DNA of 62,265 nt, filler included, from Pirum gemmata (GCA_002812295.1; 21 parts of 21 records of this genome joined end to end with filler, not necessarily neighbours in it); one strand, 5' to 3'; counted from the first letter of the whole stretch, positions 28,441 through 41,688 are shown. The notes: a model not told the origin generated them from the letters alone. Translations and numbers: made by a program.

Positions 28441-29045
28441 CAATTAATATTAATATAATTGAGATTGACAATATTAAATTTTACTTACATTTCAAAAAAG
28501 GCCATTGTAGAGTTCAGTTACTAATTGTAGCAGAATACTGTCCAAACTCCGCTAGTAAATATTTCCCAATGGATTGTTCAGGCAAGGTTTATTGGGTGAA
28601 TATGACAGAGTCGACCACCTGTGCGGTAATTTAATTTTTTTAAAAGATAACCCTAACCCTAAACGTGACCTTTACCCATGCCATAACGCTAATCAAGTCT
28701 TACCCCTACGCGATCCCTAGCCCTGACCCTAATTTACCCTAACCCCAATTTCAACTTTAACTTTAACTTTAATCCTAACTCTACCGCTACACAGTCCCTA
28801 ACTCTAATCTTAACCTTGGCTATATAATATTGTACTCAATTCTTTTTTTTTATGGACAATGTTTACTTTTGCAGGTTTATTATAAGGATTTAACATCCCG
28901 AAGACGTAGAAGATCAGGCAATGAATTTCATTTACTTGATACAGTAAATATTGGTAATGATACTAACGAAGGCTCCTCTGATAGTGTCATTAGCCCTGAA
29001 ACAAAACTACACACCCATGCAATGAAAAACATGTGTACAGCATAA
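28260..29045 (+). CDS. Uncharacterised Cys-containing protein, last three exons (28260-28351, 28501-28625, 28875-29045)
   Basis: GT-AG junctions keep frame: GKDDALVFDYTQKTLKPGESHVGKCLGEGA/GHCRVQLLIVAEYCPNSASKYFPMDCSGKVYWVNMTESTTCA/VYYKDLTSRRRRRSGNEF...stop. The first exon is probably within 27916-28081, but its phase does not join cleanly. Confidence 0.65.
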
Positions 29046-29782
29046 GGTTCGGGTTCGGGTTAGGGTTAGGGCTAGGATTATGGTTATGAATATGGTTCCT
29101 GTAAAAACAATTGCTAGCGCGCTTTATTAATAGTACTCGTGCGAAGCAATTACAACATTCAATTGTCAAGTTGATTTTGTTTTTTGTTTTGAGAAATAAA
29201 GATTTTTTTTAAAAAATAAAGATTAATTAATTAATAAATAAATTTTCAGTTGTTTTCGTTAAATAATACTACTTTTATATCACTCTGCCGACGTAGTTAT
29301 AAAACGTACCAAAATAATATAAAATATTTCAATTTATTTAATTGGTTTTTTTATGTATCATACCACCGTAAATTATACTGATATAGGCTCCTCTAGATCT
29401 GATAGTGTCATTAAAATTAGCTCTGGAACAAACACACACATGTATATATGCATGTACACCCATACATGTGTACTCGCATAGGGTTATAAGGTTTGGGTTC
29501 GTTATGGTTATGGTTATGGTTATAACATTATATATTTAATATATATAGACTCTTTTTTGGTATTATAGAAGGGGGGGGGGAAAGGTACCATATTCAGTTC
29601 AAAATGAATATAATAAATACCAAAAAAGANNNNNNNNNNNNNNNNNNNNNNNNNNNNNNNNNNNNNNNNNNNNTTAATTAATTAANNNNNNNNNNNNNNN
29701 NNNNNNNNNNNNNNNNNNNNNNNNNNNNNATAATTAATAATAATAATAATTTTTTAAAAAAAAAAACTTGCTCATTTTTTAA

Positions 29783-29848
<66 letters not shown>

Positions 29849-30539
29849 CTTTTTTTCTTTTTCAGTTTTTTTTCCCTAGCTAGGGTTTTTACCCACTTAT
29901 TATGCCTCACTTATGCAAAGCTGAGTACCAAAAGTGTACCAAAGCTGCTATCATAGCTAGCTAGATAGCTCTAGCTAGACCTGTCTTTTAGTGGTCTTTC
30001 TACTTACGCTAACCCTAACCCTAACCCTAGCTAGCTAGACCTTAGCACCGGCAAAAATTATGATACTACTATCATAACAACGATAGTACTATCATAGTAG
30101 CTCTAGCTACAGGAAAAAAGCTGCAAAAAAGTTTGCAAAAAGTCAAAAGTACGCTAGAAAAAGTAATCGTTTCCAAAGTTAGAAAAAAAGTGCTGTTTAT
30201 TGGCCATTTCATTTCCAAAAAGGTGTTGATTAGTGGATTCAGTTAGGATTTCAAGTGTTCTAGCTATCATAATAAATGTTCCTAGCTAGCTATTTATCAT
30301 AATATAATATTAGCCTATAATATTAGCTACGCCTATACTACAGGCAGGTATCATATTCGATGATAGAGGTCGAGTATGATAGTCTATGACCACATCGTAA
30401 ATGTTCAGAACTTCACCGCCACCTCTATATCATGTAATAAAATGTTGTTCTCATAATCATAATCATAACCATATTATGTTACCATAAACATAAACATAAT
30501 TAATCATTATATAAATGTATATTTATAATTATGAATAAC

Positions 30540-31097
30540 TATATAACTAAAACTATAACTATAACTATATAACTATATATTAATAACTATAGCTATAACT
30601 ATAGCTATAACTGTAACTCTAACTGTAACTATGACTATGACTATATGACTATGACTATGACTATAACAATAACTATAAGCCGTAACCATCTTCGTAACCA
30701 TAACCATAACCATAAAATAACCATAGCCATAACCATAACCATAACTATGAATAATAACCATAACCATAACCATAAAATAACCATAATCATAACCTAAACC
30801 TAAACCTAAACCTAAACCTAAGCCTAAACATAAACATAAGCGCATAAACATAAACATAAACATAAACATAAACATAAACATAAACAAAAGCACAACCATT
30901 TATAACCACATATTACCGGTATATCATATAAAACAAATCATAACTACAACCATATAATTGTAACCATAACCATAACCATAACCATAACCATAACCATAAC
31001 CATAACCATAACCATAACCATAACCATAACCATAACCATAACCATAACCATAACCATAACAATAATCATAATCATAGTCATAACCATTATCATAACC
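30540..31097. repeat. Compound hexamer microsatellite (TAACTA, TAACCA, TAAACC, TAAACA)
   Basis: Successive blocks of one-step variants of TAACCC in the same phase. Confidence 0.9.
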
Positions 31098-31247
31098 GGC
31101 ATTGCACCTAAGTTAGGTGGGGTTAGTTTTGATGTCGGCAAAGACTCCCATGAAAAAACCTGGGGTCTTTGATCTAGCTAGGGTCTTTGATGTTGGGGTC
31201 CTAGACTCCTAGTACTGATGACCAAAAAAGTCTTTTTTTTTTTTTAA

Positions 31248-31474
31248 CTACCAAGCCGGATAAAAATGGCGACATCCGCCATACAAAAAATCTCAAAAAG
31301 ATGTAATTTTAAAAAAAGTACTACCAAATTTTGAGACTTATTTAAAACTAATAATACTCTATTATGAACCAATTGCCAGTTTTTAAAAATAATTTGGCTA
31401 GTTAATATCAAAGGTTTAGAAAAGAAGTCTAAAAAAAAAGATTTCTAGCTTTAGATCTCTATCCGGTTTGGCTG
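31248..31474 (+). mobile_element. MITE family G, copy 2
   Basis: Colinear with 26370-26593; TTAA on the left, TTAG on the right. Confidence 0.7.
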
Positions 31475-31836
31475 TTAGACTAAAAAAAAAAAAAAAAAAA
31501 CAAAATTGACACTATTTGTGTATTTTTTTGATACAATTTGCTTAATATGGTGTTTTTTAATAATAATAAAAAATAACTAAAATTGTACTAGTTAATAAAC
31601 TTGAAGGTATCAGATACTAAGTAACAAGTTAAAACCTCGTTAAAACCCAGTAGACTAACTAGCTAGAGCTAGCTCTAGCTACAGTACTATAGTAGGTAGA
31701 CCCCATGTTCAGGCACTGTGTTCATTGTATCCCTTGTATGATCCCTTTGTATCCCTTGTATCCCTTGTATTCCTGGTTCACCATCGTCTCCTTTTTCACC
31801 ATTCTCGCCTTGAATTCCTTGAATCCCTTGAATCGA

Positions 31837-31929
31837 GGGTTAGGGTTAGGGTTAGGGTTAGAGGGTTAGGGTTAGGGCTATCCTAGCTAGCTAGGGTTAG
31901 GGCTAGTAGGGTTTAGGGTTAGGGTTTAC

Positions 31930-31962
<33 letters not shown>

Positions 31963-32034
31963 GTAGGGTTATGGTTTACGGTTAGGGTTTAGGGCTAGCT
32001 AGGGTTAGGGTTAGGGTTAGGGTTAGGGTTAGGG

Positions 32035-32068
<34 letters not shown>

Positions 32069-32135
32069 ATAAGGTTAGGGTTAGGGTTAATAAGGTTAGG
32101 GTTAATAAGGTTAGGGTTAATAAGGTTAGGGTTAG
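31837..32135 (+). repeat. Interstitial (TTAGGG)n with TA-flanked interruptions
   Basis: Seen directly; interruptions such as CTATCCTAGCTAGCTAG and CTAGTAG. Confidence 0.9.
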
Positions 32136-32825
32136 CTAGTTAGCTAAAAAAATAAAACAAAAAAACAAAACAAAAAAATGTAGCAACAGTATCAAGCAAA
32201 AGTCAAGCAAAGTAAATTATAAAAATATATTATCATAACAACAACACTCTAGTTATGATAGTAGAACAACAACAATAACACCCCGTAGCTCTGACCAGGC
32301 CCACACCTGGCAGATTAACAAATCACGTGTAAATGAATAAATAAAAAACAGCAACGTCAATAGCAACAGCGACAACAACAACAGCAATATTAATAATAAT
32401 AATNNNNNNNNNNNNNNNNNNNNNNNNNNNNNNNNNNNNNNNNNNNNTTAATTAATTAANNNNNNNNNNNNNNNNNNNNNNNNNNNNNNNNNNNNNNNNN
32501 NNNGATTATGATTATGATTATGATGATGATTATGATTATGATTATGAATATGATTATCATTATCATTATGATTATAATTATAATTATAATAATAATAATA
32601 ATTATAAAATTATAATATTTTATAATTATAATTATAATTATGATTATAACTTTATTACAATTATGATTTAAATATTAATTATACTATCATTATACTACCA
32701 TTTTACTTTTCATTACTTTTGCATTTGTATTTTTATAATTTCTACTATAGCTATAGCTACAACTATTATGATTGCTATTTTTACTATTGTTTTACTATCA
32801 TTTTCTTTATAATTTTGTTCTGCAG

Positions 32826-35108
32826 ATAACGAAGATTTCCCAGAGGTTTAGTGAGTACGAAGTAAGTTAATCCTTAACATCCTCATTATGGTCATCGTAA
32901 AATTTTGCTACTTTCCGTTTTTTGAATTTCACTACTCTTTATCTCATGGGCCCTACCCAGAGTATATTAGCTCTTGCCTTTATAATATTATACCTGCTCA
33001 CAGTTTTATCTATGCCTTCCATTCCTCGAAGCACATTCACATAACATCATCAACATTTAAAATATTAATAGTAATAATAGCAACAGCAACAACGACAACA
33101 GAAAAAAATTACAAATAGCCGAAAATCATCATCCCAATCAGAAACGGAAATAATATGTTTTAATAATAATTTTCTATGGTCAAAAAGTAAAATTTGTCTT
33201 TTCAAGAAGTGTTTTTTATGTAAAATTAATATGTGCTTGCTTCTTTTATTTTGAATAGAGTAACATTAAAACTGAACTGTCTTTGCCACAATACACTAAA
33301 GGTTGGAAATTTACATATAGATAATTTTTGTTTTATTTTTATATTCTATTTCGTTTCGCACCTTAGTAGACTCTGTTATTAAAAAGGTAAATTTTTGATT
33401 GGTTCTATACTTATTCCCCTTCTTTTTACAGGAACTGAAATAGGTGGGAACATTGAAAATGAATATTTATGTTTGGTCTCTTGGCAGCCATGGGCAGTAA
33501 TAGCAAGAGGTTTGTTTTTTCGATAAAGTTACTACCATTTCTTTTGCTTTATCATGATGTTCAGTGATCTAAAATACTGTTTATTGTGTTATTATTGTTA
33601 ATTTTGCTATGTATGTTTACTTCAATTTTACTAACCGAATTACTATTTTTTTTGATATTGGTCAACATTTTTGGGTATATACACACAGCATCAAGCAAGT
33701 TCAACCATTACATTTTGTTAAAGGTACGTGATTTAAATGAATGTTAAACCAGACGAGACACATTTCACAAGCTTTTTGTTTTTGTCCCCCCCCCCACCCA
33801 ACCCTCGTTCAATGCTACCACTGTTCTAAATTCAATCACCAAGACGAAAAATATTTTCTGCCAGTTGCAAAAAATATCAGTTTTTGGGGTCCATACCATT
33901 TACATATATATATATTTATTATTTGTGTACCTACGTTTGTATCAAATAATTTTCAAAATGTTATAATAACCTTAAAAAGGATATAAATGGCCTTAGTTCA
34001 CAACTTTTTCGTATTGTAGCACAAGCATCTGGATATGAAGAAATACTTCAGGTTAATATATTCACTTCTCCACTAAGCATCTATCCATCATTGCAAATCA
34101 CCTTTAAAGTTTATTGTAATAGCAACTTCTATTACTAAACTCCTCATCTAGTTTTATTTCTATTAAGGTAACCTCTTTTTAGGACATTTTCTATTTTTAT
34201 TAGCGGCCGACTATATCTATGATTTGAGTTTTCGTTTCTAGATTTGTTATTCCCATTTATGGTTAGCAATCGGAAACACTTGTTATACTTATTTTTATAT
34301 TTTTATTTTTAACTCATCACTGCTCCTTATTCTAGGATTGGAATCTGTTAAACAGTCATTTCTTCAATAAGTTAAAGCAAGAGTGCGAAGAAAAAGGTTG
34401 TGGTAATAATAAAGGTTGTGGTAAGTATAATTATTTTCTAAAGAAAAAATTATTTCACGTTTTTTCCTAACTTTTACTCATTCATTCTGTAGGATAAAAT
34501 TTATACAACTTTGAATGAAAATTTTAAAACATGAATTTTAAGTAAATAGCAGGTTAATTTTATTATTATTATTATGTTGTAGTTTTTTAAAACCTTTTAT
34601 GTTTATTTGATAACTTTAGGCAGCTCTAAAGATGAATTCGAAACCCCTAGCACCGAGTCTTTTGATCTGGTTTCCATTCCACTTAACCTAAATGTGTTAG
34701 ATTTTGAGAGGTAACGTGGAGTTGCATCTGAAAAATGATAATTAAACCAACTATACGCATGATAAATAACAACAGCACTAAAAGATATAATAACATATAT
34801 TATTATTATTATATTACTTATTATTAATGATTATTACTTATTATTAATTATTACTGTTGTTATTATTACTTATTTTATCTGCTAAATCAGCTAGTACAGC
34901 AATATTATAGAACCCTCCTGACATGTTACGGTCACACTGGTTATTGTTATATTATGCTACAACTGTTATCCGGGTCACTGTTTTTTTTTTGTTCACATTT
35001 ATTTTTATCTATATAATGTATTGCAAGTACAGATGGATTGGTGAATTAAGAGATCAAACTTCTATTAGCGTAGAAGACCATTCCGAATTCAAAAAGGCTA
35101 TGGTGGAT
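32826..35108 (+). CDS. Uncharacterised intron-rich gene fragment, about nine short exons (32826-32861, 33259-33301, 33432-33509, 33689-33723, 34020-34051, 34152-34167, 34336-34420, 34620-34710, 35033-35108)
   Basis: Each exon has a pyrimidine-rich AG and a GT donor, and the phases chain into one frame (ITKISQRFSEYE/SNIKTELSLPQYTK/GTEIGGNIENEYLCLVSWQPWAVIAR/...DFE/RWIGELRDQTSISVEDHSEFKKAMVD). The exact exon set is my reconstruction; no family recognised. Confidence 0.6.
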
Positions 35109-35233
35109 GTAATAAATATTATTATTATTATTANNNNNNNNNNNNNNNNNNNNNNNNNNNNNNNNNNNNNNNNNNNNTTAATTAATTAANNNNNNNNNNN
35201 NNNNNNNNNNNNNNNNNNNNNNNNNNNNNNNNN

Positions 35234-35266
<33 letters not shown>

Positions 35267-35408
35267 TTAATTAAGTATAAAATACCAAATTAATTAAAAC
35301 ATGTCTGATATTTTTAACCGTAATAATAATTTCGTATGTTTATTTCAGTTTTTGAACTGGACAGTTGGACAACACTATCGAAAAACACGATAACTATTAT
35401 TATTAAAG

Positions 35409-35915
35409 TTAAGCCTTGCAACTGTCATTTTGACTATTTCCTATAATACTTTTACAAACTGCAGCAGAAGACATAATATTAGGAAGCGATAAAACACAGG
35501 CTGCAATAGCGACATGGTAACCCGAACCATACTTACTATCAGGCAATTTATATTCATCATCGAACCATTTAGTCCAGGCAGCAACAGTAATGATTAAAAA
35601 AATGAAAACGAAACTATGTAATCCAGAAGAAATAAAGCTAATAACTTTGCTCTTTTGCAAAAACGCAACTGCAGAACAAACCAAAGCAAAAAATATGAAT
35701 AAATTGGCTAAGATAAGAAAAGCAATAGTGGCTTTTCCAGCTCCGAAGGGTTGAGTAAAATCTTCACAAATGTCACCCTCACATGCACGAAATAATCCTA
35801 ATCGAGCGTCCATAGCTTCAATTACTATCCAACTTGTAGATGCTAAAGAAGCTACGGTTAAAGACCAAACAATAACGGAAAGAACAGCATGGATACCTAT
35901 TACTAAAACTTCCAT
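35409..35915 (-). CDS. PMP-22/EMP/MP20/claudin superfamily four-TM protein, 168 aa, intronless
   Basis: Four hydrophobic segments, first-loop signature W...GLF-x2-C-x4-C (SWIVIEAMDARLGLFRACEGDIC) and YGSGY before TM4. Confidence 0.88.
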   Translation of the reverse strand: MEVLVIGIHAVLSVIVWSLTVASLASTSWIVIEAMDARLGLFRACEGDICEDFTQPFGAGKATIAFLILANLFIFFALVCSAVAFLQKSKVISFISSGLHSFVFIFLIITVAAWTKWFDDEYKLPDSKYGSGYHVAIAACVLSLPNIMSSAAVCKSIIGNSQNDSCKA

Positions 35916-38450
35916 ATTTATTAATTTACTTATTTATTTATTTTTATTTATTTATTTATATATTTCTATATTTCTAAATTTTATATTAGTATCAATACTA
36001 TTATTATTTTTAAAATATTTGAATATATATTTATGTATTTCTAAATTTCTAAATTTTATATCAATACTATTATTATTTTTAATATTTGAATATAATAATA
36101 TTTTTTTTTATTTTTCAATTTTTCTTCACTGTGTTTTATACACTTTGCGACAGCTATAATATTATTTTTTTCCATTTTTTCGGGTTTACAAATAACTTAA
36201 TAAGTATACTTGAATACTTAACAGTTACTGTAAAAATATTATAGACAAAAAATATATCATAGCAGCCATTTTTTTCAAAACTGAGGGAGGGGGGTAGTTC
36301 TTGCGGGCTAGTTCTTGTGGGTAGTTCTTGCGGGCTAGTTCTTGTGGGTAGTTCTTAGGTAGTCGTTACCGGCCGAATAACCTAAGACTTTTGATTGGTT
36401 GATCCGAGCTAACCTTTTTAATGTAGTTTGATAGCAGTTATTTTTCACGTCATTATTCGCCCTATGTTTTAAAAGCCTCCCCAATTGTGCTCGAGCCCGA
36501 AAACTCAAATTTCTACTGTCAAAAAAAAGCCAAAATTCAATTCTGTTCGAAAATTATTTTTCCCCTTTTTTTTCGGGTTTATAAATAAATAAATATATTT
36601 GAATACTTAATTTTAATTAAGCTTAAATTTACGAACTTATTTAATTAATGCATAGGCTCGAAAACTCGATTTTTTAAAGAAAGCAGAATTGGAAGAAACC
36701 TGATATAATGGTGTCTGTGTTCTACACAACTCCTACTTCACTACACTTCCAAAAAGAGACTGTTCAAACACCAATTTCTGGTCAAATACAGCTTCAAATA
36801 CCCCTACCTATACATGCCCCTCGACGTTAATATCCGGTCAAATGCCACCTACTTACCTACCCCTTATAATAATAATAATAATAATAATAATAAGTATATA
36901 TATGGATCCGGTCAAATGCCACCTACTTACCTACCCCTTATAATAATAATAATAATAATAATAATAAGTATATGGATCTCAAAGAACAAGTAGATAAATA
37001 ATATTATAAGACGTATTATTTGAAACACTTGAAAAAAACGTACGAAATTATTATTATGGTTAAACTTTCAGGCATGTTTTAATTAATTTGGTATTTTATA
37101 CTAAATGTTGTATTTTATAAAATAAGTTCAATTATACAATTGAACAGTACCTAATTAATTAAAGATTTAGAAGACAACTGTAACAAAAATATGAAAAACA
37201 ATATGTGCTTTTTTAAAGTACATAGTCTAATTTATAATCAACAATTACAAGAATGTAATTGATTAACTAAGTTTCTAGTTATAGTTTGGGACCTCTGTGT
37301 GTGTTGGTGAGTTGTTTGGGCAGATTTATATTTTATAAACATCCAAAAACCTAAGATCCAAAAACCATTTATAGAAAACCTACCGTAATAACCACGTCTA
37401 GACAGTAACCCTAACCCTAACCTAACCCTAACCCTAACCCTAACCCTAACCCTAACCCTAACCCTAACCCTAACCCTAACCCTAACCCTAACCCTAACCT
37501 CTGTTACTGTCTGTAATACCACTAGTCTATAATTACGCCCTAATGTGGAAGTGAAAAATAACATAATTCTACCCAATATAGGTAATAATAACCATGTCAA
37601 GCCCATGTCAAAAAGGAGAGATGTGCATGAACTAATCAAAACGATTAAAAAGCCTAGTCTATTATTAAAAGCCCTAGTGAAAAATAACATAATGCTCCCC
37701 AAAATAGGTAATGATTACCATATCGAGGCAAGTCGAGGCGATCCCATGTCAAAAAGGAGATATGTATTATGTGCATCAACTAATCAAAACGATTCAAAAG
37801 CAGACGTGGTTCCTAATGGAGATTTATATTCAACAAATTTAAAAAATTATTGATCAACCCCAAATATAAAATTACAAATTTGTATGTTATTTTTTTTTTA
37901 TTTTTTTGTAATTTCAAAATGCAAAATACAATTCTTTGATTTTTTAAAAACATAAGGTTTTGTAAAATCTGGTAAAGGATCAATTATAATATTTAACTCA
38001 TTATTTANAAAATTTTTCTTTCTTCTTTTTTTTTCCCTGCACTTTACCCCGCTTTTCTCCTGCACTCTACTCCTGCACTATTATCACTACCTATATCTAC
38101 CTATGCGTTTTTGAAAAACCCGAAAATGTTTTAGAAAATACAGACTAGTTTTTCTACAGCTAACTCGCCAAGTTTCGCTGCTTTGAAAAACAGTACCATT
38201 CATTTTACTATTATTACAGTTTTGAATATAGTTTTATTTATACTTTATTAATAATAAGAAGCAAACATAGTTACATGATGTTTGACATTACATTTATTAT
38301 AATAACTTTTGAAAACAAATATGACCGAAAGAAGCAAACATAATTACATGATGTTTGACATTACATTTATTATAATAACTTTTGAAAACAAATATGACCG
38401 AATCCAATGTACTTTGTATAATCGGTACCGGTACATAAATATTTGAGTGT

Positions 38451-38483
<33 letters not shown>

Positions 38484-39380
38484 TCATAACTGATAATAAT
38501 TAATAACCCATTAGTATGTATGATATAATAGTACTATAATATCAATTTATAATAAATATACAGAGAACGCTCTCTCCATTTTTTAGTTGTTGTCAGATGT
38601 TGTTGTTGTAAAACATTCATTACAGACGTCACTTTTTCAAACACAATCATTTTCTATTTCTAAAATGCCATTTTAATGGATTAGATTACCAACCAAAAGC
38701 TTAGAATGTTAATCTGATAGGTCATCTGAAAGCGAGGGTATTGTTATTGTTATTGTTATTGCTATTGTTATTGTTATTGTTTTTGTTGTTATTGTTATTA
38801 ATTGTTATTGTTATGGTTATTGTTAGTGTTATGGGTATTGTAATGAATCAAGGCGACACACAAATATTCAATATCAATGTCATTACTATTATATTATTAT
38901 TATTATTATTAATTATTATTATAAATTATTATTATTATTATTATTATATATATGGAACCAGATGTGAGTCTTTCAGTCCTTTCCTATAATATATTGTAAT
39001 AGTGGTGGTTGTTATTTTCATTGTCAATTGTTAATTTTGTTATTCTTGTTAATATTGTTTTTTTTTTTGTGTGTACTTCACGACCTTCCCTTATCAAACG
39101 GGACCGCGAAAAAACTGTCTCCGCAAGTCCTTATAATATTATATTATTATTATTATTANNNNNNNNNNNNNNNNNNNNNNNNNNNNNNNNNNNNNNNNNN
39201 NNTTAATTAATTAANNNNNNNNNNNNNNNNNNNNNNNNNNNNNNNNNNNNNNNNNNNNAATAATAATAATAATAATAATGTAAAAAAAGACAAAAAAACG
39301 ATAATAAGAATAAGAATAAGAATAAGAATAAGAGTAAGGATAAGGGTTAGGGTTAGGGTTAGGAATAAGAATAATAATTG

Positions 39381-39427
<47 letters not shown>

Positions 39428-39457
39428 TAAAAGGTGCCAAAATACTAGTTTTCGTAT

Positions 39458-39607
39458 ATCGTCTATTTCATTACAGTTGTCCTCTCAATCTTTAATTTGG
39501 CACTGTTTACGTTTATAATTGAACTTGTTTATAAAATAAAAAATATCAAATTAATTAAAACATGTCTGATAGTTTAACCATAATAATAATTTTATACGTT
39601 TATTTCA
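39458..39607 (-). mobile_element. MITE family D copy
   Basis: Starts ATCGTCTATTTCATTACAGTTGTCC. Related copies at about 5086, 9032, 9265, 14158, 22258, 22708, 24300, 35265, 37035 and 48539. Confidence 0.8.
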
Positions 39608-39684
39608 ATTATGATAGTATTGAAAGCACAAGTTAGCATATATACCCAAAGAAAAAAGAAAAAAAAAGGTACCGTAATATTATT

Positions 39685-41523
39685 TTAAAAAAAACCTCTT
39701 AATAAAACCAACGTTAACACTGCAAATGTTACTTCCAAATATAAATTCAAAGCAGAGGCGGAAGAAGAAAACATTGTCCTAGAATTCGCGTGTGTTTCCG
39801 CATATTTTGATCGATTGAAAACATAATAGTTCCCAGTAACGACATTTTTAGCCAACGGGCCTGTACTGTACGGTTTAGGAGTCAAATAAGCACGTTGAAA
39901 AATGGCCACAGTGTCATTTTCACCGATGGAATAGTTACCTTCATAAGGTACATCAACGCAACTTTCAACCAATTCTAACTGATCTTGGAAAATATCTGTA
40001 CAATTACGAGCATAAACCAAAACCCAAAACTTGCCGTATTTTTCTTCACTTTTTTTATCCTGGGGCATATATAAATTGGCATCTTTTATATTTGTGCCCG
40101 CTTCTCTATCTAGGATTCCTTGATCATATTCTAGATTGGCTAAAACTACGTTCGAATAGGTAACCATTCCTGTAGCATTGTGATCTAAACCAATTATAAC
40201 AATAGCAGTATCATCATCAATAGTCGTAGGAAAATTAGAAGTTGTGTATAAAGCGTCATTATTATCACCATAACAATGCATTGCCTCACCGTTTCCCGTT
40301 TGGTTTGCATAACTATTACAAATGGGTGCAGGCCATGACTGGAACGCTTCGGCTTTGTCCCTAGGAACCGTGTAATTCATACTTTTAATAAACTCGACAT
40401 CCACCCCCGTCATAAAAGAGGTTTTAGCCTTATTCTCCATCTCAAATTTAAAATCTTTTTCAAATTTTTCTTTTACAATTTTATGTACTTCTTCGTATGT
40501 TTCGTAGTATTCAATATTTTCATTAAAGGTTTCTCTAGATCTTAATGGACTGGAAGCATGTGGGTGTTGCGGGGACTTGAAAAAATCTTCATCTGGATTT
40601 ACCAAAGATTTTGTTACAGTGTCATTTTTATGTATTGTACCGGTTGCGACGTGCGTGGCTGTAATTTCTTCCGGAATAACACTCACTTTGAAGGCTCTTA
40701 CGCTCCCCAAAATAGTACTAGCCGGTGCTTCAATCTTTTGTCCATGGTATAAATAATTATTTAATATAGTATTGTTTTCTGCTTTTACAGTTCTTGCGTA
40801 AATAGCGAAATTGGCCCCATTGTTTATTTCGATACTGGCATCATAAAAAGCATCTTTATTAGCTGGAATTTCAATGGTCGTGATCAAATCTATTTCAGTA
40901 TTGTACTGAGCACTAAGTTTATCACGAATGCGGTTTCTTAACTTAATGTTTGGTGTAAAAATAATGATCATCGTAGAATCAAAATTATCAACCGACTTTT
41001 TCCCGTTGGCGTCAAAAGAACTTATTGTGTTTACATTTTGAGTGTCACCCAAAGAAGAAAACATCTTGTGTTCATTATTTAAAGGAGAAGTGAACATGTA
41101 ACCAGTAAACCCAAAGTATTTCATTTGCGGCGGTGTACAACCGTACAATACGAGAGCATCTTCTTCACCAAATTCACGCGGAACAAAACCTCCGTAAGGG
41201 TTGTCCCCATTTTGAAACATACAACCAATATCACCCATGGATTTACATTTAGAGGCAAATTCATTTAACCATTTAAATTCCATTCTTTCAGCTTTGTATT
41301 TTTTGTTTATAATGTATTCAGTAGCGCTGATTCCATCTATATAAGTTTCGTTCACCCCGTCGGTTTCTAATTCATCCCAAGCAAGTCGCATTAAATTTTC
41401 TTGTATAGGGTAAGGTTTGCATTTGTTAATGTTAATTTGCCCTGTGGCGTGCCCCCAAAGACCGAAAGTGGAAAGGCTAGAGGCAAAAATATATTTCGTT
41501 AAAGTTTGTCTTGAGAAATTCAT
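39685..41523 (-). CDS. 612-aa intronless secreted protein, probably GPI-anchored, function unknown
   Basis: Long complex ORF with a signal-like N-terminus, several NxS/T sequons, and a small-residue stretch (SSSASA) followed by a terminal hydrophobic tail. Confidence 0.9.
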   Translation of the reverse strand: MNFSRQTLTKYIFASSLSTFGLWGHATGQININKCKPYPIQENLMRLAWDELETDGVNETYIDGISATEYIINKKYKAERMEFKWLNEFASKCKSMGDIGCMFQNGDNPYGGFVPREFGEEDALVLYGCTPPQMKYFGFTGYMFTSPLNNEHKMFSSLGDTQNVNTISSFDANGKKSVDNFDSTMIIIFTPNIKLRNRIRDKLSAQYNTEIDLITTIEIPANKDAFYDASIEINNGANFAIYARTVKAENNTILNNYLYHGQKIEAPASTILGSVRAFKVSVIPEEITATHVATGTIHKNDTVTKSLVNPDEDFFKSPQHPHASSPLRSRETFNENIEYYETYEEVHKIVKEKFEKDFKFEMENKAKTSFMTGVDVEFIKSMNYTVPRDKAEAFQSWPAPICNSYANQTGNGEAMHCYGDNNDALYTTSNFPTTIDDDTAIVIIGLDHNATGMVTYSNVVLANLEYDQGILDREAGTNIKDANLYMPQDKKSEEKYGKFWVLVYARNCTDIFQDQLELVESCVDVPYEGNYSIGENDTVAIFQRAYLTPKPYSTGPLAKNVVTGNYYVFNRSKYAETHANSRTMFSSSASALNLYLEVTFAVLTLVLLRGFF

Positions 41524-41656
41524 CTTTTCTATTATTGTTGTTGTTATTGTTAATGTTATTTTATTATATTATTATAATATTGTTATTGTTACAAACACTA
41601 TTTTTATTGTTATTTTGATTGTTATTAATATATTGTTATTGTTATTGTTATTGTTA

Positions 41657-41688
<32 letters not shown>

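Noticed and set aside
37538..37853. 102-aa ORF with an internal repeat
   Set aside because: It arises from a local duplication of roughly 115-130 bp beside a telomeric tract, with a non-ATG start and no recognisable domain.
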